Assembly: GCF_001194135.2 (NCBI RefSeq)
Contig: NC_068981.1
Location: forward strand, 178,467,308 to 178,531,307
DNA: 64,000 bases
Direction of reading: 5' to 3'
Source of the DNA: Octopus bimaculoides
Taxonomy: Eukaryota
Of this stretch, positions 50,603 through 62,318 are shown one piece after another (position 1 is the first letter of the stretch; the number at the start of each line of letters is the position of its first letter). Both the position numbers and the translations under genes were made by a program. The notes beneath the pieces are model-generated. The model had not been told where the DNA came from. It searched no databases and was given only the letters and a program-made list of their open reading frames with translations.

Positions 50603-51703
50603 GGCTGGGCATACACAGACACACACACATGCATACACATCAATATCAAGGAATGTTGTGTAGCAAATGAAGGAGAGAGTCTTAAGATACGGATTCTGCT
50701 CACCGGTGTTGGACATGGCAGTTAGTTGTCTGTTTTGAATGTCACTGGCAGAATGTGATATTACTGTTGTATTTAATGATGTAATCCTGAGTGCACACAC
50801 ACATATACACATGCACATGTACACCACATCCATGTAAAGGGATATACACATAAACACACACACACACACACCCATTAGTGTATTTTGGCTGCAACTTTCA
50901 TACATCTGCTATTGAAAAGACAACAATAGTTGACAAGTTAAATATTTGAACTTTTTTCAAAACTCTGATATTCTTTTTGCTTTTAGATTTAAAAAAAAAA
51001 AAAAAAAAAAAAAAGAACTAAGGCTTTCAAACTGGAAATGTTTCTAAATTTCCAAGAGTTTTTTTTTTTTTTTTTTTTTAAACCTGTTGTTCTAGAATTA
51101 AGCAAAAGTTCTACACAACAGAAGTGAAAAGCTAAAGCCGGAAATGACTGCATATGGTTGTATATGCCATGTTCTGATGTGTTGTGAACAATATGTTTTG
51201 TTAAACCATTGTGTCTTGGAGCCTCATGGCATGTATGTATAGAGAGACAATTATTAATTTAAAGGCAGTCAGTATTCATCGTTGCCAATTGGTTTGGCTG
51301 ATAAGAGCTGAAGTTTTAAAACTTAGGTGGATGACTCCAACAGCCGTCATTAATTTTGAAGCCCGGTCAGGAAAGCCTCATCCTATGTATCTGAATCAAG
51401 ACCTGTGTCTGACTATTGGAAAAACTCAATATTTAATTTGCCAACCAGATCTATAGTTGTTTATTTTTTTTCCAACACTACACACACACACATACATACA
51501 CACACACACACACACACAAACATATACATACATATAAATATATATATTTATTCACATCCTCCTGTTGTAGTCGTGTCTATAGTCTGAGGTTAAAAAAACA
51601 ATTCTCCTCGTGATTGTCATGCACTTCCTACAACATTTTACTAATAATGTATAAAAGAATCTTCATAAAGATGAAACCCAACCAATTCTGTATAAAAAAT
51701 TCC

Positions 51704-51709
51704 AATAAA
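51704..51709 (+). terminator. putative polyadenylation signal of Sec16 (3' UTR about 1.9 kb)
   Basis: first AATAAA I could find after the stop codon, followed by TG/T-rich sequence. Confidence 0.45.
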
Positions 51710-51866
51710 TGTAATTGTAAAAATATTGTTGGAAGATGTTTGATGATACTGTGTTGCTTATTGATTTTTATGAACATTGTTAATATTATGTAATGTTATC
51801 CAGGTTAGCTGTTGTTCAGTTTTTAAATCTGTTATGATAATCTTCTTTTAAGATGGTATGTAATAT

Positions 51867-52258
51867 AGGTGCAGGAGTGGCTGTGTGGTAAGTAGCTTGC
51901 TTACCAACCACATAGTTCCGGGTTCAGTCCCACTGCGTGGCATCTTGGGCAAGTGCCTTCTACTATAGCCTCGGGCCGACCAAAGCCTTGTGAGTGGATT
52001 TGGTAGACGGAAACTGAAAGAAGCCCGTCGTATATATGTATATACATATATATACTTTATTTAAAAGCAGCAGAAATATAACAAAAGACTGTTACTCTGA
52101 GTTTCACATTCCCGTTCATCGGACAGTTTCTNNNNNNNNNNGTATGTGTGTGTATGTATCTGTGTTTGTCTCCCCAACATCACTTGACAACCGATGCTGG
52201 TGTGTTTACGTCCCCGTAACTCAGTGGTTTGACAAAAGAGACCGATAGAATAAGTACT
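51867..52258 (+). mobile_element. SINE family B, 3'-truncated
   Basis: ggagtggctgtgtggtaag (A box) ... ggttcagtccc (B box); breaks off at tagaataagtactga. Confidence 0.9.
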
Positions 52259-54618
52259 GAGTAAGGTATTATCAGGATCTTGGAGACTCCTGATGAAGCA
52301 GGACATCAAAGTGGAGTTTTCCTTGTCTCTATATCTGAAGCAATGCATAGGCCACAAAACCCATATACTATTACCACCGGGTGTTGTAAGGATGGCCATA
52401 TAGACCGCAGCTTTCAAGAGGGAGAATCCAATCAGTGGACACTGGGTAGGTTTTTGACAGTTGCAGGTATGAGTGTGGGATGGAGATTGCGTGGAAGCAT
52501 GTTAGTGTTTATTATAAAGTACATTGTTAGAATCGATGTTATCTAAACTTTAGTTGCTGACCTTAATATTACGGGAATTAAAAAGCTTATGGTATTTACG
52601 GGTTCTATGGAACAGTTAATTTACATTGTTTTATAATAAATTTAAACATTGGGAGAAGATGATACCTGTTTTGAGGAGAATACCGTTCATAAAACTAACT
52701 GCAGTATGTGACCTATTTTATTACCCTTGAAGAGATGAAAGAGATAAGATAAATGTTTGCAGCCACATTTTAATTAAGATCGTAGAGTAATAAACAAAAT
52801 ACCGGCGCTTTATTCTGACAGCTGCTATCCTGAGTTTTGTAACCAATGTTATAATTAAGAATCATTTATTATTTGTCATACCTATGCATATTTGTCATAC
52901 CTGTACGCATCACTTTTAATTTTAGTTTTATAATGAAGCAATTAAAATATAACTCCCCTACTACTGTCAGTCACACAGACGTATAACTCACAGCTGTCAA
53001 GTTTTTTGAATTGAGCAATGTAAGGGGCCTTGTATTGTTTTTCTTCTTTAAGCATATATTTCCAGTTTCTTTGCATGCTGAAACTTGATTTGGTTGACCA
53101 AAGATTTGTGAGTGAAATTTGAAAAGACTAAGATTTTTGTCTGAATTTCAGAACAGAGGAATTATCACCATCATATATTAATATATTCAACTTGTGTCCT
53201 CATCTTTGTTGTTGTAGTCAATGTCTCGGCCGTTGTACCCTTTGGTCTTCTTTAGTTGCCTGACGTATTCGGTAACATTCTCGAAATTTCGAACCGAACC
53301 TTTTATTAAATCCACGATGATAGATTATTCTCGTTCCATTCTCTGTATCAGAGGTTACTCCTATTATTTTTCAATTCTTTACCTATTTGTGATGTAGAGA
53401 CAAGCTCTAGAGAAGGCCAAGCCTCTCAAATTGTACATCACAGGAGGGAGAAAAAAGAAAACGCATATCAAAAACTGCAGAGTGATACCAGTATCACAAT
53501 ACTACCAACAAGGACAAAGCTTCAATGGTGTGCATAAACTGGAATACTCAAATTGATAAGTCTAAGCTGGGGACGGTAGATACAGCAAATTTAAGAAAGA
53601 CCCAACCTTAATAAATGAAAGAAAGCTGTCATACATTACTGAAAAAAAGTATTCCACTGAGACCTAAAGTTATTTGTCGATGTGTAACATGTCATTCGCT
53701 GAGTAGATTCTTTACAAATACAATCAACTCACTAACAGGTAAGTCTCGATCTTAAATAAAGTTTTGCCTGCTTCGTGGATATAATTGAAGATGCTCCCGT
53801 TCATAGTAAGCGAATGGGAAATTTGAACGCGGTAAGGCCATCGACTTTTTTACAGACAGTAAGTGGTGACTGAAATACACACCAGCAGGAGATGATCAGA
53901 ACGAGAAAAAAAAAAACCCTTCACAGTTGCAACTACCCTGGAAGTATTGCGTTAAATTCACAGAATAGCGATATATGGGTCGATAATGTTGAATCGAAAA
54001 ACTGTCACAAGCAGTATTTCAAAGCAGGGCCATCTTTTAGCGGGTGTGTCTCCTGAACAAAACAAACGTCTACCAAAAGAGATCATGTTGAAGAATTGTG
54101 AGTATTCTATCTCATGCAGTTCATGCGGAACGAGCAAGTGACATCACAAACAAGAGAACAGCTAATAGGAAAATATCTCTGCTATGGACTACAGAATGAG
54201 AACAATTTACTCCTGTAGTATTAATAAAAGGTACGTTCGAAATTCTGAGAGCATTACTGAATACGACAGGCATCTGAAATAGGGCGGAGCAAGATTTGAT
54301 TTATATGTAAGACAATATAAGTGTAAATTTAGGACAGACTCCCCCCGCCCCCGCGTGACAACTCCGACGGGATAATTTGTGTTTCACTTAACCTCCAGTA
54401 CTATGAATTGTCTGCTGTATCCTGATGTGATATTTTGGTATGGGGGGAATCGTTAGTTTATACGAATACGTTTACACAGTTTCGTTTGGCAGAGACACTG
54501 GGTATTCTGTGGTGGAATTAATACGGTGACTTTTAGAATGTAGAAAACACGAGCTTCGAGTACCGTTAGAAGAGCTACTCTTTCAGTACGCAAACATGTG
54601 TGTGTGTGTGTGTATGTA

Positions 54619-54656
<38 letters not shown>

Positions 54657-55004
54657 CATGTTAACGAATGTGTACCCACCTTTCTTCCTTTGAACTTTCA
54701 ATTCTTGTCCTTTGACGGGTTTTATTTCCTATCCTTTATTATTCTAATTTATGTAATATGTAACCAAACCCATTTGTAGGTTATAACCCCAGAATTATTC
54801 TACTCGCCGTCAGTGAACAAAAGGTTCACAAGTGGTCGTAAATGTTGGTACAATACAAAACCACATGACATACAACCTATACAAATCGATAAATACATAA
54901 ACCGGGACAAGTACATGTAGTCGGAACGTTTAGTAATATTGAACTCTCATCGGATGGAGTACTCTTCGTATTGACTTTTACGCAGTTAATTTCAAGCCTA
55001 GCAA

Positions 55005-55985
55005 AAGTCACCAGTTGTGTCCCTCAGGGGACTGTCTTGGGCCCGCTCCTCTTTATAATCTACATAAACGACCTTTCCAGTATCACTGCAAAGTGAAAAT
55101 ATTTGCTGATGATACTAAGCTACAGCAAATCATCAACGAAGAAGAAGACCGAACTCAACTCCTGTCTGATCTATATGCGGTGAGTCAATGGGCAGAGAAA
55201 GACAAAATGCAACTAAACGAGGGAAAATTTGAGCTGATGCATTTTGGAAGAAAGACTTTATTATAACAGTCATACTCTCTTCCTTCAGGGGAACCGCTCA
55301 CAGCATCTAATAATATCAGAGACCTAGGTGTAGTTGTTGATAACAATCTCAGGTGGAGTGCTCACATCAACAATAAGGTCGATATAACTCGTAGGATAAA
55401 CTCCTGGATCTTAAGAACCTTCCGGTCCAGAGAACAAGGTCTCATCATTCCACTTTTCTCCTCCTTTGTACGGCCACACCTCTTTGTACTGCTGTCCCCT
55501 GTGGTCTTCCCATACAAAACAAAACATCTCGAAAATTGAATTACCCTAGAGAGCACTCACTAAACGAATTAAGGGCATAACTGATTTCGATTACTGGGAC
55601 CACCTTAAAACTCAACTCTCTCCAGCGCCGCCGCGAGCGGTACATCATTTGCACGATGTGGAGAATATACCGCCAGCATTGCCCAAACGACCTGTACATT
55701 AGCTTCAAGGTTCATCCAAGGCTGGGACCACGTGCCATCGTCCCCTGCCCAATTCAGGATCACAACACATAGGTACACTGCGACACATTTTCTTTTCCTC
55801 AACAGGCCCTGCCCTGTTTAACATTGTCGCAAAACTGATCAAAGAGAAAAAGGATCTCATCATCTTTAAACGGAGTCTGGACAAATTTCTTCAAGGAATA
55901 CCAGATAAGCCACCCAAGCCTGGATAGAACTCACTCAACAAGAACTCACTACTTGAATGGACCATAATACCGCAAAACTTGACCT
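55005..55985 (+). mobile_element. CR1/L2/Jockey-group LINE 3' part (RT pseudogene)
   Basis: VPQGTVLGP, KIFADDTKL, KMQLNEGKFELMHFG, RDLGVVVDNNL; frameshifts; followed by (TA)n. Confidence 0.9.
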
Positions 55986-55993
55986 AAAAAAGG

Positions 55994-56034
<41 letters not shown>

Positions 56035-56036
<2 letters not shown>

Positions 56037-56255
56037 TTGTGTGTCTGTGTTTGCCTCCCCCATCATTAAATACACCGATGTTGGTGTATTTAAGTCCTTA
56101 GTGGTTCGTAGCGTCCTTATAGTGTAACTTAGCGGTTCAGCAAAAAGTGACCAATAGAATAAGTACGAGGCTTACAAAGAATAAGTTCTGATTTGGCTAA
56201 CTAAAGGCGGTGCTCCAGCATAGCCGCAGTTAAATGATTGAAACAAGTAAAAGAA
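56035..56255 (+). mobile_element. SINE family B 3' half
   Basis: ctaaaggcggtgctccagcatagccgcagttaaatgattgaaacaagtaaaaga. Confidence 0.85.
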
Positions 56256-56365
56256 TATATATATGTTGTTTGTAACACGTGTCTGTGAAGCTTTTCTCTT
56301 CGACAAAAACCACAGCACCATGCATTTGAACGGTGTATATACATTTAGTATGATATATAGATGGC

Positions 56366-56404
<39 letters not shown>

Positions 56405-57100
56405 ACACACACACACAAAAGTATGTATACAAAGTTTGTAATAAGATATCAAATGACATAAGATAATAGGTACATACAAACAATACACAGGTCGAATTTG
56501 CGCCTAAACCCCAGCTTTAAGTGCAAGGAAATGATGCCTGCATAAATCAAGATTGGCTCTAGGCAACGTATCGATCGAACTGGTATATGACATGTAACGG
56601 AACAAAAGCAGTCTACAGGTATCAAGTAATTTTATAGCATATTTATTCTTATATAACATATTGAAGAGAAATGCAAATACATTTCCTTTATGTATATTTG
56701 CTTTTCTTTTCAACATATTATATAAGAAGTATAAATAGGTTATCAGCTGAGGTGATACCAGTTGATTGTCTGTCTTTGCTTTTTTTCCCGTTACACATAC
56801 ATACAGGCATACATATCTGCATGCATGCATACATACATAAATGTAAGTCTGTCTTCCACTTCTCTCTCTCTCTCTATATATATATATAGTATATCTTTTG
56901 TATACAAATAGGTGTACGACTGCTACTGTTAAGCAAGGTTCCAATCAACTATAATAGTGAAATGCACGTAGGAACTAATTCTATAAATTTGTATTTATCT
57001 TAACTTCTCATATATATATACGAGAATTTATTTCTGATTATAACAACTGTTCTGGCACATCTACTATCGTCGTGATTAATAATAAATTCTCGTATATTCC

Positions 57101-57283
57101 TTTTCTACTCTAGGCACAAGCCCCGAAACTTTTGGGGAGGAGGCCAGTCGATTATGTCGACTCCAGTAGGCAACCGGTACTTAATTTATCAATCCCGAAA
57201 GGATGAAAGGCAAAGTCGACCTCGGCGAAATTTGAACTCAGAACGTAAAGACAAACGAAATACCGTTAAGCAGCTCACCACCT
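57101..57283 (-). mobile_element. SINE family C with 16-bp TSD
   Basis: TSD aattctcgtatattcc at 57085-57100 and 57284-57299. Confidence 0.92.
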
Positions 57284-57589
57284 AATTCTCGTATATTCCA
57301 TCTTCCGTCTTTCATTTGCTATAGCAATACCTATCATTGTGAAAATGACTGTGCTTTACCTGTAAGCTACCAGGTGTAAACCATTCACTTTATTATCCAG
57401 GAGAATTCACAAAAAAGCAACAGACGAAGACAGGTGGTGTAGAAAACAAACAGATGTAATAGATGTATTAGTATAACGGTATAACGCTCAGGAATCTTTT
57501 CTGTTATACTGAAACAAGTAGAAGGCAAAATGTAAAAGGTATGTTTATATGGAGTTTATGCTATCTGTATTTATATAAACTTTCCCAAA

Positions 57590-57990
57590 GCTTTCTAGCT
57601 TTCTTGCAAGCTTTAAATTCCCTAGAAGGCTAAAAATATAGCATAATACACTCTGACCAAAAGGGAGGAAGCAGATGCCAAAAATTGCAGGCTTTCCTCT
57701 CTGGTTTCACATTCCAGTCTTATAGAACGAATTGTCAGATGACGAGCTTACGAGAACCTGACTTGCAGAAACTGACACTAACACGCCTCACGGTTTTTGT
57801 CAAGGAAGAAGCTGCCTCACACAGATTCTACAGCATTATGATTGGCTATTGTAACATCTGCTCAACTCTTCAAATGTGGATGTGATATATTTTGACGTTG
57901 TGGAGGCTTTTAATAACGTTGATCATGAAGTATTATAGCATAAACTGCGCGGTTTTTGGCATAGTTGGAAAATTAGAAGACTTATGAAGT
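57590..57990 (+). mobile_element. LINE RT N-terminal fragment
   Basis: decayed KGGSR-ADAKN, HGFCQGRSCLTQILQHYDWL, NVDVIYFDVVEAFNNVDH. Confidence 0.85.
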
Positions 57991-58517
57991 AAAAATCAGG
58001 TTGTTGCAACTTCGTCTTTTCTTTCACTTTTCTCTCGGAATCAGTTTTCATATAAACTGGTCTCATACGACGAGTAATTTAATGTTTAGGAGATGATTTC
58101 CAATATTGCAAGAAAGGATCTGACGCGCCAACAAAATAGACACAATATTTATTCCTCTCGTTCTTTAAAACATTGGAAAGGAGTTTTAATTAAGCAATAT
58201 CAGGTTTAATTAAATATTTCTAAGATATTAGTTTAATGTTTGCGTTATTTCGTTTTTGTGTTGAACCGGTGAGTGTGTTATTACTATTGGCATAATAGCT
58301 CTCCCAAGACACAGCAATGTTTGTGTTATTGTTATTTTGTTTATATCTAATGCTTTACCTGTATTACTAACGCTTTCTAGAAGACATCGATTTTCTACAC
58401 ATTCCCCAATGACGTAAGCAAAGTATAATATTCACAGACACACATACACATGTGTATGTACGTGGAGACATCTATCTATCAATCTATCTATCTATCTATC
58501 TATCTACATTGTCCTTT

Positions 58518-58551
<34 letters not shown>

Positions 58552-58849
58552 TAGAGAGAAAGAAAGAAAGAGAGAGAGATTACTGGGTAAGTGTATGTGT
58601 ATTTTAGATAAGGAGACCAATGAAAGGAGTAACGCTTGTTTCATGAGTACGTTATTAAGAGCAGTTGCTTGGTGTAAGCTAGGCTGTTTTGCATGTATGT
58701 ATACATGACGTGTATACATTGCATGTATGTATACGCGAACATAATATATTATTATAATATTTATTGCACATATTTATGTAAATTTTTAATGACTGCTGGT
58801 GGAGACGTAAGAGATTAGAAGCGATCTCCAGTGTAACAGAGATACACAA

Positions 58850-59060
58850 CAATCCTTTCTACTATGGTCACAAGGCCTGAAATTTTGCGGGAGGGTTAAA
58901 GTCGATCACATCGACCCCAGTATTTGACTGGTACTCAATTCATCGACCCCGAAAGGCATGAAAAGCAAAGTCGACCTCGGCGGAATTTGAACTCGGAACG
59001 TAAAGACGGACGAAATACCGCTAAGCACTTCACCCGGCATGCTAACGATTCTGTCAACTC
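58850..59060 (-). mobile_element. SINE family C
   Basis: reverse complement of the family C body with CpGs retained. Confidence 0.88.
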
Positions 59061-60929
59061 AATGATTAGTAAGTCTGAAGATGCCGGAAAGAATTGGCCT
59101 GCAATTATGAAGAAGAATTCCTTTCATTTCTAGTTGGATTCAGCAAAGGAAACTGGACGCTGTAAAGGGCTAATTGCTTAATTAAAACTGCAGTGAATTC
59201 TTTATGAGTGCTTGCTTGATGAGAGTGATGTGCCTTCAATGAAAACTAATCCGCCCTATGTTCTCTTGTTTGTGCCTTTTCCTAAATAACTAGAGAAAGC
59301 GCGGGAACTTCACGGACATTGAAGATAGCGTTCATGATTTGCCATGATATCACTGCAAACTGATTGGTTGATAATCAGGACAGACCGCGTGACCTGAACA
59401 TGATCTGCGCGTGGTACGGACCTGGCATCTGAAAATGTGAGGTCTCGTTACAAGAGAAAGAAAAACAGTCTGACAAGCAGATAACATTTCGGGACCTCAA
59501 TCTCATACACTCCTACTCAACTACTTCTCCGCTACAACTTTCAGTCTCTCTGTATCTTTCTTGACTAATTTCTGTTTTACTCCAAGAAGATTTCGGACCC
59601 GGGATAATTTTTTTACACATTATTCTACGTTGCATCTGGATGTCTGCGCATAATTTGGTGCAAATACGTTGAGATACTGCTTCAAGACAAACAGACGAAC
59701 ATCGACATTTATAGATATGAATTTGTTACTAAACTAATCAAGCACTTGAGATTTATTTACTGTCTTCTAGTAGAAGTTATTTGTCATTGATACTAGTTTA
59801 AGACAGACTCGTTCTCTCATTTCGTTCAATCGAATTTTGAAGATGGACTAACCATAGCTATATAAAGCTGGTTACTTTATCAATCATTTTCTTTAGACAC
59901 TGGCAGATGACACAAGAAATTCACTTGTAGAAACTACGTGCGGTCCTGAAATCATAAGCTATTTACCATATGTTTTGTAATTCATTTGTGCAAACCACAA
60001 ATCTATGTTAAAATTCGTGAGGGCAAAGCAGATCTGGCGAGCTATATAAGTCAACTTAAGGGAGAGTATGAATTTTAAAAAATCCATGATCTATTTTAGC
60101 TCACAGCTAGCGAATAAATTAGGGCAAAGTAATCTTTTGCAATCTTTGTAACGAGGGAAAATTCGAAATGTTAATTTAGAGAACAGAAATTCTAAACATA
60201 AAACGGGATTATATTTGAGTGACATTATGAATTTTTACTTCTATATTTACAATAAAGCAATCAAACTGTAATTATTGGGGCACTGGGATATGTAATACAC
60301 TGCCTAAATACGAATCTTGAGAAATTAAGGCTTCTTAAAACTAGAGAGGAGAAAGCTGATTCGAAGACTACAGATCCAAGCCATTCCTGGAACTGTAAAA
60401 ATCAGTAAAACTTTCCAGAATGTTTATTATTTAAGTATATATGAGCATATCTAGATATGCAAATATATGCATGAGAAGACATACATAAAACAAAACATTC
60501 AAATCTGCACATATACATACATACAAATGTTAATGTTGAAATTCCTGTGAGCGATCTAGGTTAGAAACTGGTTCTTTCTCTATTCACAAGAAATCTTGAA
60601 ATAAATCTGAATAATGACATACATACATAAATACATACATACATACACACATACACACATATACATACATATATATNNNNNNNNNNNNNNNNNNNNNNNN
60701 NNNNNNNNNNNNNNNNNNNNNNNNNNNNNNNNNNNNNNNNNNNNNNNNNNNNNNNNNNNNNNNNNNNNNNNNNNNNNNNNNNNNNNNNNNNNNNNNNNNN
60801 NNNNNNNNNNNNNNNNNNNNNNNNNNNNNNNNNNNNNNNNNNNNNNNNNNNNNNNNNNNNNNNNNNNNNNNNNNNNNNNNNNNNNNNNNNNNNNNNNNNN
60901 NNNNNNTGTATATACATTCATACATATAA

Positions 60930-61125
60930 AGTGAATCCAAACGAAGAAGAACAAACATGAAAAAACAACAACGCGAGGTCGTGGTACAAGTGATGTATTA
61001 TCAGACGCTCAGGAAAGGAAAGAAAGAGGATTTAACGTTTCGAGCAAAGCTCTTCTTCAGAAATAGAGAAAAGTCCAAAAGAAGGGAAGACGGAGGAATA
61101 AAATCGCCAACGATTCACACATGGT
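60930..61125 (-). mobile_element. Penelope-like pseudo-LTR fragment
   Basis: carries a minimal hammerhead; shares gatgtatta...acgctcagga with 57462-57493. Confidence 0.6.
61030..61064 (-). ncRNA. minimal type I hammerhead ribozyme motif
   Basis: minus-strand RNA AUUU-CUGAAGA-A-GAGC(UUU)GCUC-GAAA-CGU-U-AAAU: full core, 4-bp stem I, 4-bp stem II, palindromic ACGU stem III. Confidence 0.75.
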
Positions 61126-61128
61126 TAC

Positions 61129-61170
<42 letters not shown>

Positions 61171-62004
61171 ATGAAAATAAGAAGACGAAGAAAGAGTTTA
61201 ACACATCTTTATTACTTTATTACTTTATTACTTGTTACAAACGTTTCAGTACCACTCAGTTTTTAATGCCATTGCACGAGGATTTCATGCGAAAAGTTAC
61301 ATAATATTTGCAGTCTTTTTCTATATATTCGAGTGGCACTTGCACCAAAAGGTGCTCTTACATTGTGCAACGGTCTAGCGTTGTACGTTGCCTATATAGA
61401 GGAAAATAAAGATGATGAAATAGCGAAGAGACAATAAGTAGACGATATTAATACTAAATATGATAAAGAAGAATAAGAATAGAGAGAATGGGAAAGGAAA
61501 AAAAGGAAGGAAAAGATGAGGATGATGATGAAGAGGATTATGATGATAACAAAGAAGAAGAAGAAGAGGAAGAGCATAAAGTGTGTAGCAGGTTGTAATG
61601 ATAAATTAATAAGAAACTACACCAGCAACAAAACAATAATCGAGTACTCTCTCTCNNNNNNNNNNNNNNNNNNNNNNNNNNNNNNNNNNNNNNNNNNNNN
61701 NNNNNNNNNNNNNNNNNNNNNNNNNNNNNNNNNNNNNNNNNNNNNNNNNNNNNNCCTCCTCCTCCTCCTCCTCCTCCTCCTACTACTACTACTAAATTAA
61801 GAATGATGTTGCTTTTGGGAAATGCAATCATCTCACATATTCCCGTTGCCTGTAAATAAGTAGTTATATGCTCAGTCAAAATAAATCATCATTATTTAAA
61901 AATGATAATAGCTTTCATCGTACCTGCCAATAAAAATAATATTCGTCGTTGACTAATATTTATATTTTCTCATTCGAGAGCATAATTATTTTTAGTCATC
62001 TTTT

Positions 62005-62318
62005 TGATGCTCTCCACATTAAAAATGTTAGCGCTAACTTAACTATTGCGTTTCATGCAGATGGTGTCTCTGAATCATTTATTCTCTAAATAATTCTGTT
62101 ATCCTACGCCACCACACATACATACACACACAGACTCCGAGACACAAGCAAATGTCTAAACTGATGCTCTCTACATTAAAGATGTTAGTGCTAACTTAAC
62201 TATTGCGTTTCACGCAGATGGTGTCTCTGAATCATTTATTCTCTAAATAATTCTGTTATCCTACGCCACCACACATACATACACACACAGACTCCGAGAC
62301 GCGAGCAAATGTCTAAAC
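62005..62318. repeat. 157-bp tandem duplication (2 copies)
   Basis: 62005-62161 and 62162-62318 near-identical, with a handful of substitutions. Confidence 0.95.
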
